This document shows, in pieces, positions 16,641-26,161 of a stretch of 64,000 nt of DNA. Each line of letters opens with the position of its first letter. The first letter of the stretch is position 1. The DNA is from Bacteroidota bacterium (lineage in GTDB: Bacteria > Bacteroidota > Rhodothermia > Rhodothermales > UBA10348). The stretch lies in assembly GCA_029262855.1 (NCBI GenBank), contig JAJCYP010000010.1:2108-66107 (forward strand), given 5' to 3'. A model generated the notes under the pieces. The model made no database searches. It had not been told where the DNA came from and saw only the letters and a program-made list of their open reading frames with translations. Position numbers and translations under genes: made by a program.

Positions 16641-19244
16641 CTACTCGCAGCGCAATGTGTCCACAGGATTCGCCCGGGCAGCCCGAACCGAGTGAATGCT
16701 GACGGTAAGAAACGCCAGACCTACAGCTGCAAGCGCGACCAGGGCAATACTCCCGAACCCAAGCGTGGTGTGGTATTCGAAACTACCGAGCCACCCATCG
16801 ACAAGGTACCAGGCAACAGGGACTCCGATCAGCAAGGCGAGCGCGACGAGCAGGATGAACTCTCGTGAGAGAAGCATGACAACACCTGGGACAGATGCCC
16901 CCATTGCCTTCCTGATTCCGATTTCTCTCGTCCTGCGTTGAGCGGTGAAAGCTGCCAACCCGAAGAGCCCCAGGCACGCGATGAAGATCGCGAGGCCGGC
17001 GAAGTAATTCGCCAGAGTGCCCGTTACCAGTTCACTGCGATACATGCGCGCCCACTCCTCGTCCAGGAACTCGTACTCCATGTCGACACCCGGGACGATA
17101 GAGGCGTGCGCCCGCTTCAGGCTGGCGATGGCCTCCTGCGTTCTTCCAGCCTTGGCACGGACCAGGAGTTGGCCCTCCGCCTCATCTGCCAGAATCAGTA
17201 CCAGAGGGTCGATCGGGGAGTAGAGCGACGCCAGATGATAGTCTTGGACCACCCCGATGATTACCCCCGTACTTCCCCAGAGAGACAGCTCCTGACCCAG
17301 CGGCTGCTCCATCCCCATCGCCAGGGCAGCCTGCTGGTTGATCACAAAGTTGCTGGCATCGTTCAGGAATTCCGCTGAGTGGGTCCGGCCCTCATCCAAC
17401 TTGATGCCTGCGGTCTCGACGTAGTCGTGCCCAACCCAGGCCAATCTGAATCCTGTCCCATCATCTTCTGCCTTACCGTCCCACCTGAGACTCGGAGTGC
17501 GTGTGTTCTGCAGTAAAGGGCTTCCCGAGCCGAAAGAGACGCTCGCCACGCCGGGCTCTCCGCTGAGATAGGCCTTGAACGTCTCGTACTTCTCAGCCAG
17601 AACTCCATCGAGCTCGGCTGTGATCAGGTTTTCGCGGTCTGCTCCAAGGTGGGTTTCCCGGAGGTACCCGATCTGGTTGTAGACGGTCAGCGTCCCCAGG
17701 ATCAGAATCGTCGAGAGAGCAAACTGAGACACCACCAGAATTTTCCTGACGCGTGCCCCGCCTCCAAAGCCGGTCACCCGGTCTCTCAGGACGGCAGTGG
17801 CACTGAAGGATGAAAGTACAAACGCTGGATAGAGCCCACCCATGAGCCCTGCTATCAACGTGATGGCTCCGAACTTGCTGGCTCGACCTGGATCCAACAG
17901 GTTCAGGGCCAGCACCTTGCCGGTCAACGCATTAAAACTGGGTAGTAATAAAAAGGCAAGGAGTAGCGCCAGGCTCAAAGCCGCCAGCGAGGTCATCATC
18001 GACTCTCCCAGGAATTGCTGCATGAGCGACAGTCGGCTGGCGCCCAACGCCTTGCGAACGCCAATCTCGCGCCCCCGCTGGGTACTGCGAGCCGTCGCAA
18101 GGTTCATGAAGTTGATGATGGCAATCAGGAGAACAAACAGCCCAACCCAACCGAAAATCCGGACATACTCGATTCGGCCCCCAACCGCAACACCGTCGAC
18201 AAAGTTGGAGCGGAGATAGACATCCGAGTAAGGCTGCAACTGTATTGTCCGAGAATTGTCCTCGGTTCGCTCGACCACGAGGTCCAGAATTTTCGGGGCA
18301 ACGAGAGCCGCGTCGGCGCCCGGCTCCAGCCTTAGGAACAGGCGGAGGTTCGAGTTCCTCCAGTCTTCGAGCCAGTCCTTGCCCTGAAGGAAGCTGTACA
18401 TGGGTCGCACGGCATCGAAACGATAGCTCGACTGAGCGGGGAGGTTCGCAATTACGCCGGTGACCGTGAGCTCGGTCGATTCGTCTACGGACAGCGTCTT
18501 TCCCAGTATCGAGCGCCTCCACTCCTGTCCAAAGTGGCGGACGGCGAGGTCCTCTGTCAGCACAATCGCTTCAGGGCTTTGCAATGCTGAGGTCGGCTCG
18601 CCCGCCAGGAATTCGTACGTGAACACGTCAAAGTAATCCGGGTCCACGAAGTACCCGCCTTCGCGAAAAGTCGCGTCACCGGTCGACAGCGCCCAAGATT
18701 GCTCGTTGCTGAAGAGAACCGAATTTTCGATTTCCGGGAATTGCGCCTCGAACACAGCGTCCAGCGGCATGGGCACCGCTTCAACCGTCTCGATTGCGCC
18801 CGCTCCGAAGGACACGTTTTGCATGACCCGATATATCCGGTCACTGTCGTCGTGATATCGGTCGTAGGCCAGTTCATCCTCCACCCACATCAGGATGAAA
18901 AAAGCGGTGACCAGACCGATTGCCAGGCCAGCCACGTTGATGGACGCCTGTGCCCGGTGACGCCAGAACAGGCGGAAGGCGGTCGTGAGATAATTGATCC
19001 ACATCAGTGATGTCCAGGTGATTGACCTCCACATAAACGGGAGCAAGGCAAACAATACATCGAGTTGGTTGGCACCGCGGGCACGGCGGCGACCCACCAC
19101 AGAAACGCGATAGCGGAATTCCTCCTCCATATCTCCGAGTATGTCGATTCGCTCCTCTGGAGTAAGGAAGTGCTCAAGAAAGCGGCGAACGGCGGAGGGG
19201 GGGAGAGTCTGCCCGTCGGGGTCCGGATGGGGCATTTCTTTCAT
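16641..19244 (-). CDS. Duplicated MacB/FtsX-type ABC permease (ADOP-like) with N-terminal prefix domain
   Basis: ILGDMEEEF prefix, two REIGVRKALGA / REIGIRKAMGA repeats, ARANPVDTLR end; start at the ATGA overlap with the padR stop. Confidence 0.9.
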   Translation of the reverse strand: MKEMPHPDPDGQTLPPSAVRRFLEHFLTPEERIDILGDMEEEFRYRVSVVGRRRARGANQLDVLFALLPFMWRSITWTSLMWINYLTTAFRLFWRHRAQASINVAGLAIGLVTAFFILMWVEDELAYDRYHDDSDRIYRVMQNVSFGAGAIETVEAVPMPLDAVFEAQFPEIENSVLFSNEQSWALSTGDATFREGGYFVDPDYFDVFTYEFLAGEPTSALQSPEAIVLTEDLAVRHFGQEWRRSILGKTLSVDESTELTVTGVIANLPAQSSYRFDAVRPMYSFLQGKDWLEDWRNSNLRLFLRLEPGADAALVAPKILDLVVERTEDNSRTIQLQPYSDVYLRSNFVDGVAVGGRIEYVRIFGWVGLFVLLIAIINFMNLATARSTQRGREIGVRKALGASRLSLMQQFLGESMMTSLAALSLALLLAFLLLPSFNALTGKVLALNLLDPGRASKFGAITLIAGLMGGLYPAFVLSSFSATAVLRDRVTGFGGGARVRKILVVSQFALSTILILGTLTVYNQIGYLRETHLGADRENLITAELDGVLAEKYETFKAYLSGEPGVASVSFGSGSPLLQNTRTPSLRWDGKAEDDGTGFRLAWVGHDYVETAGIKLDEGRTHSAEFLNDASNFVINQQAALAMGMEQPLGQELSLWGSTGVIIGVVQDYHLASLYSPIDPLVLILADEAEGQLLVRAKAGRTQEAIASLKRAHASIVPGVDMEYEFLDEEWARMYRSELVTGTLANYFAGLAIFIACLGLFGLAAFTAQRRTREIGIRKAMGASVPGVVMLLSREFILLVALALLIGVPVAWYLVDGWLGSFEYHTTLGFGSIALVALAAVGLAFLTVSIHSVRAARANPVDTLRCE

Positions 19245-19567
19245 CCCAGTTGCTTTGTCAAGGCTGGCAGGCCTTCCCACATGGTCTGCTGAATGAGTTT
19301 GACCTGATTCAGCGCGGAGAGCCCGCGCTCTGTCAAGCTGAACAGCCGCTTGCTGCGGCCTCCCCTCTGCGCTGTCGGGGCGCTCGACTGCGAATCGAGG
19401 TACTGCAGTTTTACCAGTTTGTCCAACGGCACGTAGACTGATCCAATCGACCACGTTTGCCCGGTTACAGTCATCAAGTGCCGGCGAATCGCAAGGCCGT
19501 GTGCTTCGCCCTGCAATTTCCAGACGGCCAGAAGGATCAGTTCCTCGGATCGGGACAACAGGTTCAT
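19241..19567 (-). CDS. PadR family transcriptional regulator
   Basis: SRSEELILLAV, HGLAIRR, SIGSVYVPLDKL, GGRSKRLFSLTERG. Confidence 0.9.
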   Translation of the reverse strand: MNLLSRSEELILLAVWKLQGEAHGLAIRRHLMTVTGQTWSIGSVYVPLDKLVKLQYLDSQSSAPTAQRGGRSKRLFSLTERGLSALNQVKLIQQTMWEGLPALTKQLG

Positions 19568-19595
19568 GCGAGTGTTGAGGGCAGGGTGGAATACA

Positions 19596-19617
19596 TTTGT
19601 TCTCATTACAGAACAAA
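19596..19617. promoter_or_regulatory. Perfect inverted repeat upstream of padR (candidate operator)
   Basis: TTTGTTCT-cattac-AGAACAAA, about 29 bp upstream of the padR ATG in an AT-rich patch. Confidence 0.6.
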
Positions 19618-20076
19618 GATTTAAAAAGATTCACTCTCTGCGGCACTTTTCTGATACGCCACCTCACGACGCGCGTTCGAGCAGTGAATTTCGCTGGTTG
19701 CAGAATCCAGATTCCCGGAGGGTCAGCTTCCAGCCGGGGCGTCGCTGTCAAGCAGTGAAATACGGGCCGTTTCTCTTGTGGGGCCATTGAGGTCGAACCC
19801 CATCCGAGATTTGCGGGGAGTGTCAATTTTTGCATGGAATCGCCTTTGGGCGTAATCCTGCCCGTTGTGCACGATCTGGCCTCTCTCCGAACAACGGCAT
19901 GGCGATGTGCGGCGAGCGTTTCAAAACGGTCGCCCTGGTCGCTGCGCCTCAAACCCCCGCACCCGCCTTTCCCCCACGGTCCAGTCAGGGATCCACCCAC
20001 GTGCTCATTCTCCCTGTCCGCTCAAAGAACACCACGGTGGAGACTTCCTTGACCGTGCAACAATCCAGACGGCGAT

Positions 20077-21057
20077 ATGAAACGCACCACGCTTGCCCTG
20101 ATCTGCCTGGCGACCATCGGACTGTCCTCTCCGGTGATGGCGCAGAGCTACAGCATCTTCGAAATGGCCCAGGCAGACCTGGCCGAGAGCGTGCCACAGG
20201 CGGCTGAACGTATCGCCGCGCGCGCTGTGGCCGCTGGCTTTTCTGTACTCTCGCAGCACCAGGCCGGCGTCCCCGGCACCTGTGCATTCGATGCCCACGT
20301 GATCAGTCTTGTCCAGCCCGAATTCGTGAGCAGCCTCTTCGGAGTCCGAAGCGATACGGCGCCCTTCGCCGCGGTGGACCGAATCGTCGTGTTCTCGGAC
20401 GAGAACGGGACCCACGTTTCATACGTCAACCCTGCGGCCGTCGCGCGCACGGTGATGTTGGATGACTCTGGAGCAACGGCTTCGGCCTTGGAGCACCGGA
20501 GCGCGCTGGCATCCTTGATCGGCGCTGCCACGCTCGTCGGCTATGGGCCCGAGCGCGAGCGCGGCTTGATTGGCAAGACGATGGGCGTCATGGCCGGGGG
20601 GCCATTTGATGAAAAGATCCAGACTCACGGAACGGTGCCGGATGGCCACTGGCGAGCGGTAGCAGGTGCCCTCGAGGCGAGCCTCCAGACTGCAGGTGAG
20701 GACTGGGGGCTTCGAGCCATCTATCGTCTTGATCTGGAAGCCCACGAGGTGGCCGTGTTGGGTGTATCCGGCGTCGGGATGGAAGCGAAGTCCTTCGATA
20801 TCGTCGGGGCGGGCTCAAACGGCGCTCGCGACGGACTTTCGTGTCCGGGGCTTGCCCACGCAGCCGCATACCCGCTGGAGGTTGTCGTCCGGCAGGTTGG
20901 CTCCAGTGTCGAGATCCAGTTCGTGGATGCGATGTACAGGATGAAACTCTACTTCGAGGACGCGGGGAAATGGGCGTTCATGAAGAACATGACGATGCCG
21001 GGTTCGATTGCTGACGAACTCAAGGGGTTCATTCAGGCCGCGCTGATGGCCCGATAG
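20077..21057 (+). CDS. Secreted hypothetical protein, possibly tandem DUF302-like domains
   Basis: Signal peptide; two similar halves (GFSVLSQH..PFAAVDRIVVF and GLRAIYRL..AAYPLEVVV); Met-rich C-terminus. Confidence 0.55.
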   Translation: MKRTTLALICLATIGLSSPVMAQSYSIFEMAQADLAESVPQAAERIAARAVAAGFSVLSQHQAGVPGTCAFDAHVISLVQPEFVSSLFGVRSDTAPFAAVDRIVVFSDENGTHVSYVNPAAVARTVMLDDSGATASALEHRSALASLIGAATLVGYGPERERGLIGKTMGVMAGGPFDEKIQTHGTVPDGHWRAVAGALEASLQTAGEDWGLRAIYRLDLEAHEVAVLGVSGVGMEAKSFDIVGAGSNGARDGLSCPGLAHAAAYPLEVVVRQVGSSVEIQFVDAMYRMKLYFEDAGKWAFMKNMTMPGSIADELKGFIQAALMAR

Positions 21058-21144
21058 CAGGGAGAACATCCCGGCCCTCCTGCAGCCGGTCGATTCGATT
21101 TCCATAATTGTCGTTATTTATGGATCCACCCCAACAGCGAATCC

Positions 21145-21579
21145 ATGTCTGACGACTCCCCCAAGCCCCCACGGTCATTCCTGATCACGAGCATCGTCGC
21201 CCTGATCTGGAACGCCATCGGCATCTTCACCTACCTGGCCTCCGTCATGCTTAGCGACGAGGCCCTGACCGCGATGCCAGAGGCCGAGCAGGCGCTGTAC
21301 GCCAGCACGCCGGCCGTCGTCACCGCCGCCTACGCGATCGCGGTCCACGGCGGAACGCTGGCCAGCGTTGGACTACTGCTCAAGCGCGCCTGGGCCGTCC
21401 CGGTCTTCATCGTATCGCTGATCGGGATTCTCGTCCAGATGGGACATGGCATCTTCCTTACCGACTTGGTGGCAACGATGGGGATGGGCGCGGTGGTCGG
21501 ACCCGTGATCATCACTCTCGTAGCGGTCTACCTTGTTTGGTACTCGAAGGACGCACAGGCGAAGGGTTGGCTGAAATGA
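21145..21579 (+). CDS. Small 4-TM membrane protein
   Basis: Four hydrophobic segments; ALIWNAIG, LLLKRAWAVPVFIVSL. Confidence 0.75.
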   Translation: MSDDSPKPPRSFLITSIVALIWNAIGIFTYLASVMLSDEALTAMPEAEQALYASTPAVVTAAYAIAVHGGTLASVGLLLKRAWAVPVFIVSLIGILVQMGHGIFLTDLVATMGMGAVVGPVIITLVAVYLVWYSKDAQAKGWLK

Positions 21580-21598
21580 GCCGGGACAACGCCGACGC

Positions 21599-22069
21599 AT
21601 GCAGCTAGACCGAGCGCGGCTCCTGGCCGAAACCCTGATGGACGCCCATGGCCTGCGTGGCTGGGCCTTCCGATTCGACAATGCCCGAACGCGGGTCGGC
21701 GTTTGCCGATTCGAGCCGCGCATTATTGGCTTGAGTCGACACTACGTGCGCCCGAATCCGATCGGTGAGATCCGGGAGACCATCCTCCACGAGATCGCGC
21801 ACGCCTTGGCTGGCCCTGATGCGGGACACGGTCCTCGGTGGAAGCGCATCGCCCGCCGGCTCGGCTGCTCGACGGACCGGTGCACACGGGCACCCCTCGA
21901 CGTCGAACCTCGCTATAGCCTCTGGTGTGACACCTGCAGCAAGCGGCTTCGGCATTATCACAGGATGCCGCGACGGGATTTTGAGTCCGGTCGTTACACG
22001 CACGCCTCCTGCGGCGGGACCTCGTTCACGGTCCTGCCCTACGAGACTGCGAAGGCGTCAGTCCGCTGA
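21599..22069 (+). CDS. SprT-like zinc metalloprotease
   Basis: ETILHEIAHAL, GHGPRWKRIA, C-terminal CxxC. Confidence 0.9.
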   Translation: MQLDRARLLAETLMDAHGLRGWAFRFDNARTRVGVCRFEPRIIGLSRHYVRPNPIGEIRETILHEIAHALAGPDAGHGPRWKRIARRLGCSTDRCTRAPLDVEPRYSLWCDTCSKRLRHYHRMPRRDFESGRYTHASCGGTSFTVLPYETAKASVR

Positions 22070-23179
22070 CCCGGATTCCATCAATTCAGCGAGGTCCGCA
22101 AACGCCAGAACCTCCGGCTCAGGGTCTCCGGAGTCGTCCGGCCATCGCACCAACCGAATCTGGCCATCGGCAATCTCGATGCCGGTGATGTCCCCGTCAC
22201 GATAGCAGCAGCACCCGGTATTGAAGTAGGCATTCGAGACCTGCCTCTCCGTTTTCGATTCGGGCGATTCCTGATCGTCGCGCGCCGCGAGGGTCCACTC
22301 CAGCTGCGCGCTCAGCGCGGCCAGACGAGACCGCCCCGCCGCACTCTCGGGATTCCCGATCTCCTCAATCTGTCGCTCAAGCTGCTCCGCCTTGGAGCCG
22401 CCGACGAAGACGGGCTCGTGCGTATGGCCGGCCAGGAGCAGCAGTCCCTCCTGTTGTTCAGCCCATCGGTGCATGGCCCGATTGTGGGTATTCCTCAGAT
22501 CCCAACTCCGCGCAGGGGTATTGGGCGACCAACCGGTCAATCGCTGCACGGGTCGCCAGAGCCACCGGACAAGCACACGGGCCAGCGGCGCGTATACATC
22601 ACTCATGATGCTTCCCTGATGGCCGTGCACCAGGAGCAGCCGGCAGGTCGACTCGCCCGCGGGCAGTTCGAGGATGACGCTCTCGTGTACCTCGAGATTC
22701 TCCCCGATCATGGGACGCAGGAGGCGCTTGACGGCGTCGGGAAAACTCCACAGATCATCGTGATTACCGAAGATGCGCCAGTAGCGTGAAGCGTCCTGAA
22801 ATCTGCGCGTCAGTTCGAACGTGCGCGGATACCGCCCTATGACTACCGAAGGCATCTCCTCCCACAATTCCTCGACGTCCCCGAGTTCGACCAGCGTGTG
22901 TCCCTTGTGGAAGTAGTAGGCCAGGGCCGCGTTGTAGGCGCGCTCTGATCTCCGAAAATCGTCGGCACCGTCGCGTGCGCCCTTGTGCTGATCACTGAAG
23001 ACGATGAGTCCCCCGGTGGATGGATCAAAAGTCGCCACTGGCGCTTCGCCTGCCTCGTGACGAACCAGCACCGCGTCGAGGGCCGCGGCCACACGCCTGT
23101 TGTGTTGCTCCTGCTTCCGAGCGCGACGATTCAATGGTCTTCGGGTTAGCGCAACTTCAGGCCGAATCTTTGGCCTCAA
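22058..23179 (-). CDS. Calcineurin-like metallophosphoesterase (start uncertain)
   Basis: FSDQH, LGDVEE, FGNHD, HGH, AGHTH, NTG motifs. Confidence 0.85.
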   Translation of the reverse strand: MRPKIRPEVALTRRPLNRRARKQEQHNRRVAAALDAVLVRHEAGEAPVATFDPSTGGLIVFSDQHKGARDGADDFRRSERAYNAALAYYFHKGHTLVELGDVEELWEEMPSVVIGRYPRTFELTRRFQDASRYWRIFGNHDDLWSFPDAVKRLLRPMIGENLEVHESVILELPAGESTCRLLLVHGHQGSIMSDVYAPLARVLVRWLWRPVQRLTGWSPNTPARSWDLRNTHNRAMHRWAEQQEGLLLLAGHTHEPVFVGGSKAEQLERQIEEIGNPESAAGRSRLAALSAQLEWTLAARDDQESPESKTERQVSNAYFNTGCCCYRDGDITGIEIADGQIRLVRWPDDSGDPEPEVLAFADLAELMESGSAD

Positions 23180-24074
23180 ACAGCTCCTTCAGCGAATCGC
23201 CGGCATCCAGCGTGCGGATTGGAAACGGAATCTCGACACCGGCCTGGTCGAACGCGGCCTTCAGCGCCATGATGGCATCACTGTGGGCCTGCAGATAGGC
23301 TCCGTGATTGCCGTCGTTCTCCATCCAGAACTGGACCACAAAGTCGATGGAGCTCCCGCCAAACCCCGTATAGAGGACGACAGGCTTGCGACTCGGATCG
23401 CGACCCGGCACGTCCATCATCGCCTCAATCGCTACCTGCTTGGCGTGCTGCAGGTCGTCGTCATACGAGACCCCGCACGCGACTTCCACACGCCGCTCGC
23501 CGGTCCCGTAGAGATTGGTAATCGAATTGCCAAAAACATCCTTGTTGGGCACATACACAATCTGGCCGTCGAACTGGCGGATGATCGTGCTGCGAAGATT
23601 CACTTCCTGAACCGTACCGGTAATGCCGCTGGAATCGATGATATCGCCCTCCTGAAAGGGGCGACGAATGGCCATCAGGATACCGGCAACAAAGTTCGCG
23701 GCGATGTCCTGAAACGCGAAGCCAAGCGCCAGACCAAGGATACCCACACCTGCAAGCAGCGAGGTCACGGCATCGTCCAACTGAAGCACGGACAGAGCCG
23801 TGAATAGCCCGATGGTGACCACGGCCACATAGACCAGGGTCTGAAGCAGTCGAGAAACCTGTGGGTTCTGAACGACTCTCGCCAGGACCTTGCGCAGCAC
23901 ACCCCGGACGATCTTGGCGATCACCACGAACAAGACCATCACCAGAATGGCGACTACCATGTTGGGCAACATCGCGATCGCAGTCTCAATCCATCCGGTT
24001 ACCTTCGTCCAGACGTTCGCCGTAGCCTCAACCACTTCCTGAGTTGTGACGGCTTGTTGGGGGGCTTCCTGCAT
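23157..24074 (-). CDS. mscS: Small-conductance mechanosensitive channel
   Basis: LALGFAFQDIAANFVAG, RPFQEGDII, GTVQEVNLRST, EIPFPIRTL. Confidence 0.9.
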   Translation of the reverse strand: MQEAPQQAVTTQEVVEATANVWTKVTGWIETAIAMLPNMVVAILVMVLFVVIAKIVRGVLRKVLARVVQNPQVSRLLQTLVYVAVVTIGLFTALSVLQLDDAVTSLLAGVGILGLALGFAFQDIAANFVAGILMAIRRPFQEGDIIDSSGITGTVQEVNLRSTIIRQFDGQIVYVPNKDVFGNSITNLYGTGERRVEVACGVSYDDDLQHAKQVAIEAMMDVPGRDPSRKPVVLYTGFGGSSIDFVVQFWMENDGNHGAYLQAHSDAIMALKAAFDQAGVEIPFPIRTLDAGDSLKELFEAKDSA

Positions 24075-24076
24075 GG

Positions 24077-25012
24077 CTACCGAGCCTCCCAGTTGCGTCC
24101 GCTCCGATGCAGGTTCAGCTCGGCTGGCAGTTGGCAGCCGGGAACGCTGGCATGGGAGAGATCCAACTTCAGGTGGTCCTGCCCGGCCCAATGAAGGGCC
24201 ACGCCGCCGAAGGCGGGCGCCTCAAGCCAGTACCCGGCGTTACCCAGAATGGTGCGATGGCCATCGAGACCAAAATCATACTCCAGGTAACAGCCGCCCT
24301 GTCCCTTCGGGGTGTGCCTCAGGTATACCGGGACGCCACCGGAGAAGTAGAGCGTCGTCTCGTCAGTCTGCACAATCCGCTGCGGCATGGTTTCGGTAGC
24401 CGTCACCTGCTGGACCTCGAACGCCCCGCTTTTGTCCTCGACCTGGTAGGCCACCGGAAGCCCCTCGTCCGAGGCCGCTTCGGCCGAGGTGCGGTCAACG
24501 TGCATCGCAGTCACCGTAGCCAGACCCGAACGAGGCGCCTCCCGAAGCGAGGCGGGCCCGGCCTGCGACTCCGACGACTTCCGGTCACGAAGCGCCAGTT
24601 GATCGCCGGGCTCTCTGGGGCGCGAAAAATCAGGCGTTCCGAAGTTCAGCGCGGGCGGGTCGCCGGCCCCTCGTGCCCTGCGCGCGGCCGTGATTTGTCC
24701 GTAGGTCATCGCAGCCGCGTTCGGCTGACCCGGGTGCTGGGCAGATGCCTGCGCCACGGGAACAGGGTCACCGTAGGACACCGCCGCTCGACCGATTGAG
24801 CCCGGCCAGAGTGGATCACCAAGTATCAGCAGCTCGGGAGCCCGGACCATCTCGACCGCTTCATTGGCGGAACGCAGCCCCGGCGACTCCGCATGCCGGA
24901 CGGTGTTCGGGTTATTGGATGCGAGGATAAGCCGACCCCGGAGTGCGGCACTCGTTTGGGGCACCACCTGTTGGGGCAAGAGGAGGGCAACGAAGAGAAG
25001 TACTGCAGGCAT
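24077..25012 (-). CDS. Secreted hypothetical protein
   Basis: Signal-like N-terminus; fills the gap between neighbours, ending 2 bp before mscS; no family recognised. Confidence 0.55.
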   Translation of the reverse strand: MPAVLLFVALLLPQQVVPQTSAALRGRLILASNNPNTVRHAESPGLRSANEAVEMVRAPELLILGDPLWPGSIGRAAVSYGDPVPVAQASAQHPGQPNAAAMTYGQITAARRARGAGDPPALNFGTPDFSRPREPGDQLALRDRKSSESQAGPASLREAPRSGLATVTAMHVDRTSAEAASDEGLPVAYQVEDKSGAFEVQQVTATETMPQRIVQTDETTLYFSGGVPVYLRHTPKGQGGCYLEYDFGLDGHRTILGNAGYWLEAPAFGGVALHWAGQDHLKLDLSHASVPGCQLPAELNLHRSGRNWEAR

Positions 25013-25117
25013 GAAAGTGTTGGTTCGCTCACCTCCAATAACGGTTTGAAACCGCCAGTTCTCAAGGGGACCCGCTCAACTGGTCAGTTCGTAGATGCCA
25101 TCCAGGCAACTAGACGC

Positions 25118-25537
25118 ATGATTCGGATCGGTCCCCACCTCGAGATTGACGAAAACGAACTCCAATTCGAGTTCGTCAGGGCGTCGGGTCCCGGCGGGCA
25201 GAACGTCAACAAGGTGTCGACCGCGGTACAGATGCGGTACGACGTGGATGCGTCGGAGGCTCTGCCCCCGAGCGTCAAGAGTCGCCTGAAGAAACTGGCA
25301 GGAAGCAGGATGACCACCGATGGTGTCCTCCTGATCTCGGCCCGTCGGTATCGCACCCAGCATCGCAACCGACAGGACGCCATCGACCGCCTGGTCTCCC
25401 TGATTCAGGAGGCGGCCACGCCGCCAAGACCGCGCAAGAAGACACGCCGTACAAAGGGCTCGATCGAGCGACGGCTCGCCGCCAAGAAGCAGGTCGGCGA
25501 GAAGAAGCGCGACCGGAAGCCGCCCCGACTCGGTTAG
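25118..25537 (+). CDS. arfB: Alternative ribosome rescue peptidyl-tRNA hydrolase ArfB
   Basis: RASGPGGQNVNKVST, RTQHRNR and a basic C-terminal tail. Confidence 0.95.
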   Translation: MIRIGPHLEIDENELQFEFVRASGPGGQNVNKVSTAVQMRYDVDASEALPPSVKSRLKKLAGSRMTTDGVLLISARRYRTQHRNRQDAIDRLVSLIQEAATPPRPRKKTRRTKGSIERRLAAKKQVGEKKRDRKPPRLG

Positions 25538-25546
25538 ACCGCCAGG

Positions 25547-26104
25547 CTAGACGGCCCGGCGGCGGCGCCACTGGACGAACCCGACCACGGCCAGCACCAC
25601 GTAGAGAGCGAACAGGCCGGCTGTCGACTCCAGCCCGCGATCGAGGTACAGCCAAATCGAAATCACATCAATCACAATCCAGTAGAGCCAGTTCTCCAGC
25701 ACTTTTCGTGCGACCATGAACGTGGTGACGACGCTGGCCACCGTGGTGAACGAGTCGACATACGGCCTGGCGGCCCCGGTGCCGGAAATCAGGGATCCCA
25801 CCACGGCGGTAAGGATCAGGACGGCCGCGATCACCCGAACGTGCGTCCACCCGGACCAGGTGTGTATGGCGACGCCCGGTTCATCCCCCCCACGGGTCCA
25901 CTGCATCCATCCGTAGACCGCCATCCCCATGTAGAAGACGTTCAGGGCGCTCTCCATCACGAGACTCACGTTCCAGAACACCACCGTGTAGATGGCCGTG
26001 CTCAGAAACGCCGCCACCCAGCACAGGACGTGCTCCCCCATGGCGAGCAGCAGGTAAGCGACGGCCAGAACGACGGCGAGGTTCTCCCAGGTCAGCAGCT
26101 CCAT
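25547..26104 (-). CDS. pnuC: Nicotinamide riboside transporter PnuC
   Basis: WENLAVVLAVAYL, YGWMQW, DSFTTVAS, RKVLENWLYWIVID. Confidence 0.92.
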   Translation of the reverse strand: MELLTWENLAVVLAVAYLLLAMGEHVLCWVAAFLSTAIYTVVFWNVSLVMESALNVFYMGMAVYGWMQWTRGGDEPGVAIHTWSGWTHVRVIAAVLILTAVVGSLISGTGAARPYVDSFTTVASVVTTFMVARKVLENWLYWIVIDVISIWLYLDRGLESTAGLFALYVVLAVVGFVQWRRRRAV

Positions 26105-26161
26105 ACGGGAAACCTACGACCCTTTGGGGTATCCTGTCGGGTGTCCAATATCCCGATTCCG

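Noticed and set aside
19245-20000. N-terminal extension making the permease 1119 aa
   Set aside because: It overlaps padR in another frame; the ATGA junction at 19244 gives a normal start.
19620-20076. Possible riboswitch in the long padR spacer
   Set aside because: No TPP, cobalamin or c-di-GMP consensus recognised; an Rfam cmscan would settle it.
21102-21125. TCCATAA-N10-TTATGGA inverted repeat
   Set aside because: Short arms in an AT-rich promoter patch, no adjacent regulator; may be chance.
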